Program-made: the position numbers and the translations under genes
The notes under the pieces: model-generated
The model's input: the letters and a program-made list of their open reading frames with translations, nothing else
Told to the model about the DNA's origin: nothing
Database searches by the model: none
Origin: a virus
DNA length: 64,000 bases
Direction: 5' to 3' (one strand)
IMG/VR virus record: IMGVR_UViG_3300045988_011313
Location: 32,001-96,000 of that record
Shown: piece by piece, positions 22,242 to 31,994 of the stretch
Layout: every line of letters starts with the position of its first letter
Numbering within the stretch: position 1 is the first letter of the stretch

Positions 22242-23453
22242 ATGAGTAGATTTAAACAAGTAATGGGAAATCTAAGGTTAAGGAGAGACAGGGTTCTTAA
22301 TGGACTTTATAACTGTATTCCTTTCCCTTTTCCAAGATTTAGAGCATGGGTCCCAGGCATTGAAACTGCTAAGTTCATAGTGGTAACTGCCAATCAGAAG
22401 GTAGGTAAATCAAAGTTCTGTGATTATCTATTTGTATATGAACCCTTGTTCTTTATATTGGAGCATCCTGAGATGAGAGTAAAGGTTCTCTACTTTACTT
22501 TGGAGATGAGTCCAGAGGAAAAGTATAATGAGTTCTTGTGTCATCTGTTATTCAGACTGGATGGGATAGAGGTGTCTCCTACTGAACTGAAAAGTACAGA
22601 TAGAGACCATCCTATTGATGAGAAGATTCTTGAATTGCTTGAGACTGATAAATATCAGAGGTATATCAAGGCATTTGAGGATATGGTTGAGTATATTGAT
22701 GACCAAAGGAATCCTACAGGAATCAATAAGTACTGTAGGGACTATGCCCTTACTCATGGACATCTTAACTTTAAGAAAGGTAAGAGGAAAGACCCTATCA
22801 CAGATAAAATCATAGATGCAGATGTGGTAGATAGTGACAATCCTTATACCCCAGATGACCCAGAGGAGAGGAGAATAATCATCATAGACAATGCCTCAAA
22901 TCTATCTCTTGAAAGTGGATTGAAGAAGATGGAAACTATTGATAAGATGAGTAAGTATGGTATTACTCTCAGAAATCAATTGAAGTTCATCTTTGTATTG
23001 ATTCAGCATCAAGCACAAGCTCAAGAAGGTATTGAGAACCAAAAACTGAATAAGCTCAAACCATCTTCTGATGGTCTTGCAGATTGTAAGACTACTACCA
23101 GAGATGCCAATATGGTTATAGGTCTCTATAGTCCATTCAAGTATGGACTAAGAGATTATGAGGGATATGATATAACTAAGTTCAAGAATCATATAAGGTT
23201 CATGGAGGTAATTGAAGATAGAGACTATGGAGCAAATGGTAAAATCTGCCCTTTATTCTTTGATGGTGCAGTGAGTACATTTTATGAGCTTCCAAGACCT
23301 GAGGATAAGAAAGCACTACAAAGAGTATATGACTATATGGAATCAAGGAATAGCAAAACTGCTAAGACTTTCTTTAGTTATGGAATAAATAAAATGAATA
23401 AAGAGTTGCACAGGTGGAGAATATTTCGTAAATTTGCAGCCCTTTTCAAGTAA
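22242..23453 (+). CDS. DnaB-like/RecA-fold replicative helicase candidate (403 aa)
   Basis: P-loop TANQKVGKSKF, Walker B RRIIIIDNASNL, and a downstream QHQAQ segment. Confidence 0.5.
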   Translation: MSRFKQVMGNLRLRRDRVLNGLYNCIPFPFPRFRAWVPGIETAKFIVVTANQKVGKSKFCDYLFVYEPLFFILEHPEMRVKVLYFTLEMSPEEKYNEFLCHLLFRLDGIEVSPTELKSTDRDHPIDEKILELLETDKYQRYIKAFEDMVEYIDDQRNPTGINKYCRDYALTHGHLNFKKGKRKDPITDKIIDADVVDSDNPYTPDDPEERRIIIIDNASNLSLESGLKKMETIDKMSKYGITLRNQLKFIFVLIQHQAQAQEGIENQKLNKLKPSSDGLADCKTTTRDANMVIGLYSPFKYGLRDYEGYDITKFKNHIRFMEVIEDRDYGANGKICPLFFDGAVSTFYELPRPEDKKALQRVYDYMESRNSKTAKTFFSYGINKMNKELHRWRIFRKFAALFK

Positions 23454-23482
23454 AAGTAACATTATAAAACAAAAAAAAAACA

Positions 23483-24253
23483 ATGGCAAAGATTTTAATT
23501 TTGGCTAAGTCAGGCTTTGGAAAAACCACTTCCTACTGTGGTAGGGAGAAGTTAGGCATCAAAGGTCTTGACCCAAAGGAAACTTATGTTATCCAGTGTA
23601 TTGGTAGGGGTGTTCCTAACCCTAACTTTAAACTGATTGAGGGTAGCATTGGAGTAGAGAACGCAGGCAAGCCTACACAGAAACTTACAAATGCAAATGC
23701 CCTTGGCACAGGTAATAGAGTGCAGGTAGATGGTCTCACAGGTCTTGACAGATTTGCAGCAGTAGCAGAGATTATCAATATGCTGAAGAAGTCTCCTTTC
23801 AAGAATATTGTGATTGATGATTTCAATTATCTTGCACAGGATTTCTATATGGCAAATGCTATGAAAGGTGGATGGGATACTCCTAAGCAGATTGGATATG
23901 GAATGGGTCTTATCTTTGATGCCTTTAAGGGACTCCCTGAGAACAAAAATATCATCTGCTGTGCCCATTATGAGGAGTATAAGGATAAGAATGGTGATTC
24001 CATTTCCTATAAGTTCAAGACCACTGGAAAGATGGTGGATGATTACATCACACCAGAAGGTAAGTTTGATATTATCCTCTTTGGCAAGGTAGGGTATGAT
24101 GCAGAAAACAAGAGACCTATCAAGCACTTTGTCAAGGAGTTTGATGGAGAATATCCTGCTAAAGACAGTCTTGGTGCATTGGATGACCTTCCTGATGAGA
24201 TTCCTAATGATTTGTCTATAGTAGTAGACAAATTGAGGGAGATTTATGGATAG
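23483..24253 (+). CDS. P-loop ATPase (AAA_24/Sak4-like) (256 aa)
   Basis: Walker A AKSGFGKTTS at the N-terminus; Walker B NIVIDDFNYL. Confidence 0.5.
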   Translation: MAKILILAKSGFGKTTSYCGREKLGIKGLDPKETYVIQCIGRGVPNPNFKLIEGSIGVENAGKPTQKLTNANALGTGNRVQVDGLTGLDRFAAVAEIINMLKKSPFKNIVIDDFNYLAQDFYMANAMKGGWDTPKQIGYGMGLIFDAFKGLPENKNIICCAHYEEYKDKNGDSISYKFKTTGKMVDDYITPEGKFDIILFGKVGYDAENKRPIKHFVKEFDGEYPAKDSLGALDDLPDEIPNDLSIVVDKLREIYG

Positions 24254-24533
24254 AAATGAGACTGTGAGAATATTAAGGTTAGCTACCTTTGGTGGACTTA
24301 CTGAAAGTGATGCCAATATGATACTTATGCAGTATTGTATAGAGCATGGGAAACCATATTATGAAACTGCTATGTTTGTGATGAATGTGCTGAAAAGTAA
24401 ACAGCTATTAGTACATTGTCTCAACATAGCATTAAGTTTCTACGAGAGAAAGTTCACAGTATATAAGCTATGGAGTGCTCCCAATCCATTAAATAACAGG
24501 GGGCAAGAAAGAAAGTTATTACAAATCTTTTAA
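24246..24533 (+). CDS. Hypothetical protein (95 aa)
   Basis: ORF track. Confidence 0.6.
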   Translation: MDRNETVRILRLATFGGLTESDANMILMQYCIEHGKPYYETAMFVMNVLKSKQLLVHCLNIALSFYERKFTVYKLWSAPNPLNNRGQERKLLQIF

Positions 24534-24544
24534 TATAAGAAAAT

Positions 24545-25030
24545 ATGAAGACATTAACAGTAAGACAGTTTGCAGGTGTAAAGAGAATTGCACAGAATGT
24601 TAATCCTTTGGTAGTAAAGAAGAATAAGATTGCTGCCAAGATTAATGAACTTAATGCAGAGTATAATGCCCTGACTGAGGAAATTGAGGGACATGAGATG
24701 GGTGTCAAGGCTTTGACAGGTGGTCTCACAAGTGAAGACTTGGTTGTCAAGAAGGTAGAAGATACTGGTAAGGTTGGTAAGGATGGTAAGCCTATAAAGG
24801 TTACTAAGTATGAACCTAAGGCTGATACAGTAGTATTCAATGAAGAGGCTAATGTGTATGAGATTCATATAGAGGAGCCTGAGGTTGAAGATGTTGCTCC
24901 TGAGACAGTAGATGATACTGAGATGGCACCTGAGACAGAAGTAAAGGCTGGTGAAGAGTCTTCTTTTGACCCTACTAATCCATTTAACAATGGTGCAGAA
25001 GCCAGTGACAAACTGCCCCTTGGAGAGTAA
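24545..25030 (+). CDS. Hypothetical protein with acidic tail (161 aa)
   Basis: ORF track. Confidence 0.65.
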   Translation: MKTLTVRQFAGVKRIAQNVNPLVVKKNKIAAKINELNAEYNALTEEIEGHEMGVKALTGGLTSEDLVVKKVEDTGKVGKDGKPIKVTKYEPKADTVVFNEEANVYEIHIEEPEVEDVAPETVDDTEMAPETEVKAGEESSFDPTNPFNNGAEASDKLPLGE

Positions 25031-25077
25031 TCAGAGTAGTAAGAAGTAGAATCAAGAACAAGAAAAATCATTAGAAA

Positions 25078-26034
25078 ATGAAGAAGACAAATTTTGCATT
25101 TATGGCATTTGCTGCTGGTAAAGTATCTACTGAAGGCAATGCAGTAAAGAGATATACAGGTGTAGCTCCTGTATTTGTTTTGGCTGTAAACCCTAACAAA
25201 GCAGAGCTTGAGAAGTTGTATGATACCCAACTTGAAAATGACCCTGAATATCTGGGTGAAGTTGAGGTAGGTGAGGACAAGCACAAGGTACAGAGTGTCA
25301 GACTTGACTTCATTGTTAAGACTGATGCTGAGAAGTGTGGTGGTATTGAGTTTACTACCAAAATAGCTTTCTTCATCAGAAAGGAATACAGATACAATAA
25401 AGACCATACTAAGGTACAGGTAATTGATAAGTATGGTAGAACTGCTTGGGTTACTATAGAGCAGGCTAAGGCACATGAAATTCCTGTATATAAGAATGGT
25501 CCTGCCAATATTGATAAGGGCTATAGACCTGCTTATCAAGGAGAGGAAGAGCTTACTAACTTCATCAAGGCATACCTCAACATTCCTAATGTAATGAAGT
25601 ATGTCAATAATACTTGGGTTATGGTAGACAAACCTGAGGACTGTGAAGCAAGACTTGAGAGCATTGATGAGTACTTCAAGGGCAATTTCAAGGAGCTGAG
25701 AGATGTTATTGCATTGCAGCCTAATAACAAGGTTAAGGTATTGTTTGGTGTAAGAACCACTGATGATAACAAGCAGTATCAGGCTGTTTATAATCAGATG
25801 TTCTTGAAGAACAATATCACTGACTATAGTAAGTTGGATGCAGACTTGCAGGAAAGAAAGGCTGCTGGTTCATATCCTACTACTGAGTTTACTGTAGGTG
25901 ATAAGGTTACTGTAGGGAACTTGAAGGAGTATAATGTAGAATCTACAGACCTCAGCAGCTCTGGTGCATCAGGTGATGTACCTTTCCCTCCTGGCAATGC
26001 TGATGGAGGTACACCTTGGAATTTTGGTAAGTAG
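25078..26034 (+). CDS. Hypothetical protein (318 aa); position suggests a single-stranded DNA-binding protein
   Basis: This call rests on gene context only (between the ATPase and the primase). I could verify no motif. Confidence 0.3.
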   Translation: MKKTNFAFMAFAAGKVSTEGNAVKRYTGVAPVFVLAVNPNKAELEKLYDTQLENDPEYLGEVEVGEDKHKVQSVRLDFIVKTDAEKCGGIEFTTKIAFFIRKEYRYNKDHTKVQVIDKYGRTAWVTIEQAKAHEIPVYKNGPANIDKGYRPAYQGEEELTNFIKAYLNIPNVMKYVNNTWVMVDKPEDCEARLESIDEYFKGNFKELRDVIALQPNNKVKVLFGVRTTDDNKQYQAVYNQMFLKNNITDYSKLDADLQERKAAGSYPTTEFTVGDKVTVGNLKEYNVESTDLSSSGASGDVPFPPGNADGGTPWNFGK

Positions 26035-26051
26035 TAATTAAAAAAAAACAA

Positions 26052-27092
26052 ATGGCATTCAGCAAAGGTAAATCTTCTGTGAGCCTTGATGATATTCTAA
26101 GTAAAGTGACAGAGGCAGACATCCTGTCACATTACTTGGGAGTCACAGAGGTTCCGTGCATAATCAATAGTCCTCTTAGACAGGATAGGAGACCCTCCTT
26201 TGGTCTTTACTCTTCTGATGGGATAAGGATATTTTATATAGACTTAGCCACAAAGGATAGTGGGGGTCTGTTTGACCTTCTTGGTAAAATGTGGAATTGT
26301 GGTTTTAAGGAGGTCTTAAGTAAAATTAATAATGACATTTCAAAGTTCTGTGGTGGTGCCAGTATTCATTCATACACTCCCTGTGCTGTAAGAAGTACAA
26401 ATAGTTACAACAAAGATACAGACTTGCAGTGCAAAGTCAGAGATTGGAGAGATTATGATATTGAATATTGGGCATCCTATGGTATAACTTTGGAATGGCT
26501 CAAGTATGCAGAGGTTTACCCTATATCTCATAAGATTGTCATAAAAGATGGTCATAGATATGTGTTTGGGGCTGATAAATATGCCTATGCTTATGTAGAA
26601 CACAAGGAAGGTAAGGTTACTCTAAAGATATACCAGCCTTTCAATAAAGCTGGTTATAAGTGGAGTAACAAGCATGACAATTCTGTAGTAAGCTTATGGA
26701 CTAAAGTACCTGAATATGGGGAACAGATTTGCATTTGTTCTTCACTGAAGGATGCCTTATGTCTATGGGCTAACACAGGTATTCCATCTCTTGCCATTCA
26801 AGGTGAGGGGTATAGGATGAGTGATACTGCAATTAGTGAGCTGAAAAGAAGATATAAACAAGTCTTCATTTGCTTGGATAATGATGAGCCAGGATTAAAG
26901 GATGCTCAGAAATTATCTGAAGAAACAGGTTTTACTAATGTAGTATTACCACCCTTTAATGAAGGGAAAGATATTAGTGACTTGATGAAAGCTAAGGGCA
27001 AAGATGAGTTCCTTAGAATAATCAAGCCTTTATTTGACTCTTCAAGACAAGAGGACAATGATTGGAATGATTTGCCCTTTTGTATAGATTAA
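26052..27092 (+). CDS. DNA primase (Toprim domain) (346 aa)
   Basis: The N-terminal SPLRQDRRPSFGLY resembles the primase Zn-finger region. Toprim acidic motifs: ICICSSLKDA...QGEGY...FICLDNDEPG. Confidence 0.6.
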   Translation: MAFSKGKSSVSLDDILSKVTEADILSHYLGVTEVPCIINSPLRQDRRPSFGLYSSDGIRIFYIDLATKDSGGLFDLLGKMWNCGFKEVLSKINNDISKFCGGASIHSYTPCAVRSTNSYNKDTDLQCKVRDWRDYDIEYWASYGITLEWLKYAEVYPISHKIVIKDGHRYVFGADKYAYAYVEHKEGKVTLKIYQPFNKAGYKWSNKHDNSVVSLWTKVPEYGEQICICSSLKDALCLWANTGIPSLAIQGEGYRMSDTAISELKRRYKQVFICLDNDEPGLKDAQKLSEETGFTNVVLPPFNEGKDISDLMKAKGKDEFLRIIKPLFDSSRQEDNDWNDLPFCID

Positions 27093-27138
27093 AAAAAAAG
27101 TTTCAATAAGTTCAATTTATAAAAAAAAAAGTGAAAAC

Positions 27139-27831
27139 ATGGAAGCAAGAAAAATTACAGTCGTACAGACTAAGAATCAGAAAAAGAGTGTTATTATGTC
27201 AGCAGCCACAACCCTTGCTGAGTTGAAAAGTGACTTGAGAGACAATGGCATTGACTATGATGGTATGACCTTCTTTGAAGGCACATCAAAGGTTGAATTG
27301 AAGAATGATACTTCTGTTCTTCCTCATGATGTTCCTTACAAGGGAACTGTCACCAATGAGTTGGTTTTCATGCTTACTAACACTAACAAGAAAATCAGAA
27401 GTGGTGCTACTACAATGAGCAGAGCTGAGGTATACAGTGCTATCAAATCTATGGGTTTGCAGGATGCTTGTGTAGAGAAGTTTGGCAAGAACTTCACTAT
27501 GTGTAAGACTGCTGACCTTATTGCATTAGTACAGAGCAATGGTGCTTCAAAGCCTGCTCCTGCTACTCCTAAAGCTGAGGCTAAGGCTGAGGCTAAGGTA
27601 GAAGCACCTGCAAGTAGTGATGGTGAGTGTGTTGATACTGTAGCAAGAGCTGCTATTAGTAAGTTGGTGGAAATTCTTGAGGACAATGGCACAATCGAGG
27701 ATTATGAGAAAAAGGAATTGATTGGCATTCTTGGGGGTAAGGTTGCAGTAAGTGCTGAACCTTCTGGGGAGCCTTCTCCTTATTCTGATGATGAGATTGG
27801 TGATATGTTCGCAGAAATGGGTGTCAATTAA
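27139..27831 (+). CDS. Hypothetical protein (230 aa): N-terminal beta-grasp-like segment, KAEA repeat linker and acidic tail
   Basis: Residues 5-90 show a ubiquitin-like alternation of secondary structure (KITVVQT..KKSVIMSA..TLAELKSDLRDNGI..MTFFEG..ELVFMLT..KKIRSG). This is inferred from the sequence pattern only. Confidence 0.6.
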   Translation: MEARKITVVQTKNQKKSVIMSAATTLAELKSDLRDNGIDYDGMTFFEGTSKVELKNDTSVLPHDVPYKGTVTNELVFMLTNTNKKIRSGATTMSRAEVYSAIKSMGLQDACVEKFGKNFTMCKTADLIALVQSNGASKPAPATPKAEAKAEAKVEAPASSDGECVDTVARAAISKLVEILEDNGTIEDYEKKELIGILGGKVAVSAEPSGEPSPYSDDEIGDMFAEMGVN

Positions 27832-27845
27832 CAAAAGTAAGTAAC

Positions 27846-27889
27846 AGTAGGTAAGGAGGTTAGGAATGCCCCCTTACCTACTTTTTTTT
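27846..27889 (+). terminator. Intrinsic terminator
   Basis: 11-bp stem AGTAGGTAAGG/CCTTACCTACT followed by T8. Confidence 0.6.
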
Positions 27890-27897
27890 ACAGTAAT

Positions 27898-29190
27898 ATG
27901 AGTGGAGAAACAATTAAATTAATTGAGGAGGGGATAGAGAAACTATATAACTCCTTAATGGACAAGCCACTTCGAGTATTAGACATATTCAATGATTTCT
28001 TTGGAGAGGATAAAGTTGATATGCAAGGGTATTGGAGTTTGGACAAGTTCAAACTTTGGATGTATACAGAGCCTTTATCTACTTATATCTCTGTTGGTAA
28101 TATAGACAGGAATGACTGGAATATATATGAAACACAGGCTATTACTGATTTACCTGAAGACCAAGTAGGAAAGGCTGTTAATATGCTTACAAGTACTATG
28201 GCAAAAGAAAGAATTGGTAATGCTAAGTTCAGTAACATATTCATTCTTGTACATTTTCCTCATGTAAGAGTAACTAATGAGCATGATAGATTTGTGGATA
28301 TTAACCATCTGTGGGCTAAGGTGAAAGTAATGTATGATGGCACATTGAATGGTGGATTTACACTTAATAGGTCAGAATATACTATGCTTCACATTAGTAG
28401 TGGATATATGCACAGTCATATCAGTAGTATTCCTAAAGGTGACTTTACCCGTTTTCAGAATCCTTGCACAGGCAGTGGTCCTATTAATGGTACTATTGGT
28501 GCCCTCAATAGGGACTATGATGAGGATATGTGGAATATGTTCTGTCTTGAGCTAAGTAAGTATGTAACTGTAGAGTCCGTTGCTGGCAGACCTTATAAAT
28601 ATTTGGAAAAGTTAGGTACCAATGATATGGAAATAGGTATAGATAGATTCATTACATATCTGTCTCCTGATTACCATGGAAATGTCATTACTCCTAATAA
28701 ATTCAAGGAGTTTGTAAGGTACTTTATTAGCACTAAGAAGCTCAAATTTAACTATGTCAATGGTTCTTATTCTATTGGAATGTCACTTATTGAATTTATT
28801 GTACTCATCAGTAATGAGTTCATTAAATGGTATAATGACCAGTTCAATAAAGAGGAATTAACTATTAAGTTTGCAGACTTGAAGAGACATGGTATCTTGA
28901 AAGAGTGCATCATAGACAATGAAAAGATTTACTATGATAGGAGCAGGGATAATGTAAACAACTATGCTCAGTATATAGGCAAGAAAGTCTGTGTATTCAA
29001 GGGAAGAGAGATAACTGTAGATATTACAGATATTGCAGAAGTGAAGAATGAGAACAAGAGTATAATTCTTAATACTCATACTGCATTATACATATTAACA
29101 ACAATACTCAAAGTATTAAATTACAGGTATGGAAGAAACAAAGCAACCCACGAAGGTAATCAGCTTGGTACAGAAGTCAGGTATCTATAA
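27898..29190 (+). CDS. Hypothetical protein (430 aa), first gene of the JAB/E1 cassette
   Basis: ORF track. The next ORF overlaps its 3' end by 62 nt. It contains His/Cys-containing stretches (FPHVRV, YMHSHISS, NPCTGSG) that I cannot assign. Confidence 0.75.
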   Translation: MSGETIKLIEEGIEKLYNSLMDKPLRVLDIFNDFFGEDKVDMQGYWSLDKFKLWMYTEPLSTYISVGNIDRNDWNIYETQAITDLPEDQVGKAVNMLTSTMAKERIGNAKFSNIFILVHFPHVRVTNEHDRFVDINHLWAKVKVMYDGTLNGGFTLNRSEYTMLHISSGYMHSHISSIPKGDFTRFQNPCTGSGPINGTIGALNRDYDEDMWNMFCLELSKYVTVESVAGRPYKYLEKLGTNDMEIGIDRFITYLSPDYHGNVITPNKFKEFVRYFISTKKLKFNYVNGSYSIGMSLIEFIVLISNEFIKWYNDQFNKEELTIKFADLKRHGILKECIIDNEKIYYDRSRDNVNNYAQYIGKKVCVFKGREITVDITDIAEVKNENKSIILNTHTALYILTTILKVLNYRYGRNKATHEGNQLGTEVRYL

Positions 29191-30337
29191 TTATAAGCTG
29201 ATTATTCCAGCAGAAGTGGAAAGAAAGATAAGGTTTACCTGTCAGAAGGTATGGAATACTGAATGGTCAGGTACATTGTTCTTTACACATGAAGGCTCAT
29301 TTGAGAATAATGACCTTGTGATAAGATGTGTGGACATTTATATCATGGATATTGGAACTCAAGCCTATACAGAGTTTGATATGAATCCTGATGTAATATC
29401 CTACATGTGTGAAAATCCTGAATTGCTAGATTGTCAGATGGGTCTTATACATTCCCATAACAATATGAGTACTTTCTTTAGTGGAACAGATACTGCTACT
29501 CTAAAGGAAGAAGGCAGGGATAGAAACAATTTTGTGTCTCTTATTGTGAATAATGCAGGTTCCTATACTGCTGCAATTACAAGGAGAGTCAAGTCAAAGC
29601 AGGTCAGGGAGTCTGTATCTTATGAGTTCTTTGGTGATGGTGAAAAACAGGACACTAAGGAATATGTAAGTGATGCAGATGAGATTGAGTGGTTCTATCT
29701 TAAAATAGAGAAAGAAGATGAGAATTATTCCTTTCCAGACATGGCAGCAAGACTTGAGGAAATCAAACAGGCTAAAGCAGAGAAAGCCAAGAAAGTGCAG
29801 ACACCTGTATATCAAAGTGGCTATAAGCATACTATTGCTAATTCCCATGATACAAAGGCAGGTCCAGCAAATCTTGTCAAGAAGGAAGCTGATAAGCCTA
29901 AGGTAGACCAGCCATCCCTCTTTGACAATGTGGATGATTTGCCATTTGATGATAACTATAGTCTGCCTTATGGTCAGGTGACACTTGATAAAGTCACTTT
30001 GAAATCTCTTGTACTCCAATTGGTTACAGGCAGTATTCTTATTTCTAATGATAGTAAGATTGATATTCCTAAATGGGCTAAGTCAATGTCTACATTGTAT
30101 GAAAAGAGATTTGGCAAGGGTGAAGAAGGCATGGAAAATTTCAAAATGTGGGCAGATACCTATACAGAATATCTGACATGGTATGTGACAGATGAGAAAT
30201 TAGAAAAGCTTGGCTTTGATGAAACAGAAATTTGTGCTATTTGTGCCCATGATATGATAGAGGAGCTTACAAAACTTCCTGAAAATGATTATATCAAAGG
30301 GTATATTGATGCACTTCAAAAATACTTAATATTATGA
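29129..30337 (+). CDS. JAB/MPN+ (JAMM) metalloisopeptidase-domain protein (402 aa)
   Basis: Complete JAMM motif: upstream Glu (NTEWSG), then HSHNNMSTFFSGTD = H-x-H-x7-S-x2-D (nt 29450-29491). Confidence 0.7.
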   Translation: MEETKQPTKVISLVQKSGIYNYKLIIPAEVERKIRFTCQKVWNTEWSGTLFFTHEGSFENNDLVIRCVDIYIMDIGTQAYTEFDMNPDVISYMCENPELLDCQMGLIHSHNNMSTFFSGTDTATLKEEGRDRNNFVSLIVNNAGSYTAAITRRVKSKQVRESVSYEFFGDGEKQDTKEYVSDADEIEWFYLKIEKEDENYSFPDMAARLEEIKQAKAEKAKKVQTPVYQSGYKHTIANSHDTKAGPANLVKKEADKPKVDQPSLFDNVDDLPFDDNYSLPYGQVTLDKVTLKSLVLQLVTGSILISNDSKIDIPKWAKSMSTLYEKRFGKGEEGMENFKMWADTYTEYLTWYVTDEKLEKLGFDETEICAICAHDMIEELTKLPENDYIKGYIDALQKYLIL

Positions 30338-31230
30338 ATGAAGAAGTAACAATTTCACCAGAAATAATTGACAGGTATCTTGCAGGGGTACCTATCCCTG
30401 TACCTGTAGAGGATGGTGACAGCATTAGCTTTGAACTTTCAGAAGAAGAACAGGCTATTCTTGACCAAGCTGTAGAAGATGCACATCAGGAAATACCATC
30501 AAACTCTGCAACTTTGCTTGTAGATGAAACTACAAGTAGGTTTAGTTCTGCCATTTGGTATGAGAACATTCAGAAGAAAACTGTCATTTTGGCAGGTGTA
30601 GGTGGCATTGGTAGTTATGTAGGCTTCTTATTGGCAAGGATGAAGCCAGCTTCTATGTTTATCTATGATAATGACATAGTAGAAGCTGTCAATATGTCAG
30701 GTCAGTTGTATGGTCAGTCTGATTTAGGTAGGTCTAAAGTATCTGCACTGGCTGAGATGATTAGAAACTATGCTAACTATAGTAGTGTCTTTGCAATAAA
30801 TGAAAGATTCACTGATGAATCTGAAGCATCAGACATTATGATTTGTGGCTTTGATAATATGGCAGCAAGAAAACTTTTCTTTAATAAATGGGTAAATCAT
30901 GTTCAATCCAAACCAGAGGAGGAAAGGAAGAATTGCCTGTTCATTGATGGTAGGTTGGCAGCAGAGGAGTTTCAGGTATTGTGTATTAAGGGAGATGATG
31001 AGTATAACATCAATAGGTACAATAATGAGTTCCTATTCTCTGATGCAGAAGCTGATGAGACTGTCTGCTCCTATAAACAAACTACCTTCTGTGCAAATAT
31101 GATTGCATCCTATATGGTCAATCTGTTTGTGAACTTTTGTGCTAATCAGTGTGAGCCTCTCATTGACAGAGACTTGCCATTCCTTACCACATATAATGCA
31201 GAGACAATGTATCTTAAAACTGAAGTATAA
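30334..31230 (+). CDS. ThiF/MoeB/E1-like adenylyltransferase (298 aa)
   Basis: Rossmann motif ILAGVGGIGS (30595-30615), DNDIVEAVNMSGQ, GRSKV, FDNMAARK. These correspond to the E1 superfamily nucleotide-binding motifs. Confidence 0.7.
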   Translation: MNEEVTISPEIIDRYLAGVPIPVPVEDGDSISFELSEEEQAILDQAVEDAHQEIPSNSATLLVDETTSRFSSAIWYENIQKKTVILAGVGGIGSYVGFLLARMKPASMFIYDNDIVEAVNMSGQLYGQSDLGRSKVSALAEMIRNYANYSSVFAINERFTDESEASDIMICGFDNMAARKLFFNKWVNHVQSKPEEERKNCLFIDGRLAAEEFQVLCIKGDDEYNINRYNNEFLFSDAEADETVCSYKQTTFCANMIASYMVNLFVNFCANQCEPLIDRDLPFLTTYNAETMYLKTEV

Positions 31231-31994
31231 TGGAATTTAGCCAAAGATTTGTATATAGTGCTATAGGAGTCTTCAATAGTAGTGATACCAATGGTGTAGC
31301 TTGGCTTAGGAGTGAGTTATCTCTTGATAGTAACAATGTATTTAGTAGAAGCCTTGTTGTTGAAGTAGATGATAATGAGGTAGAGATACCTGTGATTGCA
31401 AGAGAACACTTTGAGGGTTTAGTGTCAGAGAAGATAGACCACCCATTAGCTGTAGGAACCAAGAGGATAATACTGCCATTGTATGATAATGCACCAAGTC
31501 AGGAGAGAAGAACTTTTGATAGTATCATAAAGCAGTTGTTTACTAATGTAAGATGTCATGAAAGATTGCAGAAGATAACTACCAACAGGGGTGAAGTGTA
31601 TTATGGTGGCAAAGGTATTATCTTTGATGAAAGCTATACCCCATTGCTATTATGTACATTAACTGCAAGAAAGGTACATACAGAAGAAGGTGGCAATAGT
31701 ATGGTCTATTATAGACCTGTATGCCATGTTAGCCCTAAAGTATTCTTAGAGTCTGACAAGTTGATTAACAAAGGTATTATTAAGAAACTTATTCCTATCT
31801 ATACAAGTAGAGAGGTAAGTCTTCCTAATTACAATTTTGATGTCAATCCAGAGAGTAAAAAGGTGAAAGTTGTAGTGGATAATTTTGATAAGTTCTTTAT
31901 AGAGCCTATCAAGCCTACTCCATCTGCCACTACTAATGATGCACTGAATGAATGCCTTATTGACAATATGGATGACATAATGATGTTGATATGA
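31230..31994 (+). CDS. Hypothetical protein (254 aa), last gene of the JAB/E1 cassette
   Basis: ORF track. The start overlaps the E1 stop (TAATG), and the stop overlaps the ung start (ATGA). Confidence 0.75.
   Translation: MEFSQRFVYSAIGVFNSSDTNGVAWLRSELSLDSNNVFSRSLVVEVDDNEVEIPVIAREHFEGLVSEKIDHPLAVGTKRIILPLYDNAPSQERRTFDSIIKQLFTNVRCHERLQKITTNRGEVYYGGKGIIFDESYTPLLLCTLTARKVHTEEGGNSMVYYRPVCHVSPKVFLESDKLINKGIIKKLIPIYTSREVSLPNYNFDVNPESKKVKVVVDNFDKFFIEPIKPTPSATTNDALNECLIDNMDDIMMLI

Noticed and set aside
23552-25539. Long minus-strand ORFs (254, 224, 145, 128 and 104 aa)
   Set aside because: They are antisense to motif-bearing plus-strand genes (the P-loop ATPase and others). Their Ser/Leu/Ile-rich composition is typical of shadow ORFs in AT-rich DNA.
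27571-27606. Tandem 12-nt repeat (gctgaggctaag, about 2.5 copies); also the gctcagaaa repeat at about 19486-19510
   Set aside because: They are in frame within coding sequence and encode KAEA/AQKA low-complexity linkers. They are not regulatory repeats.
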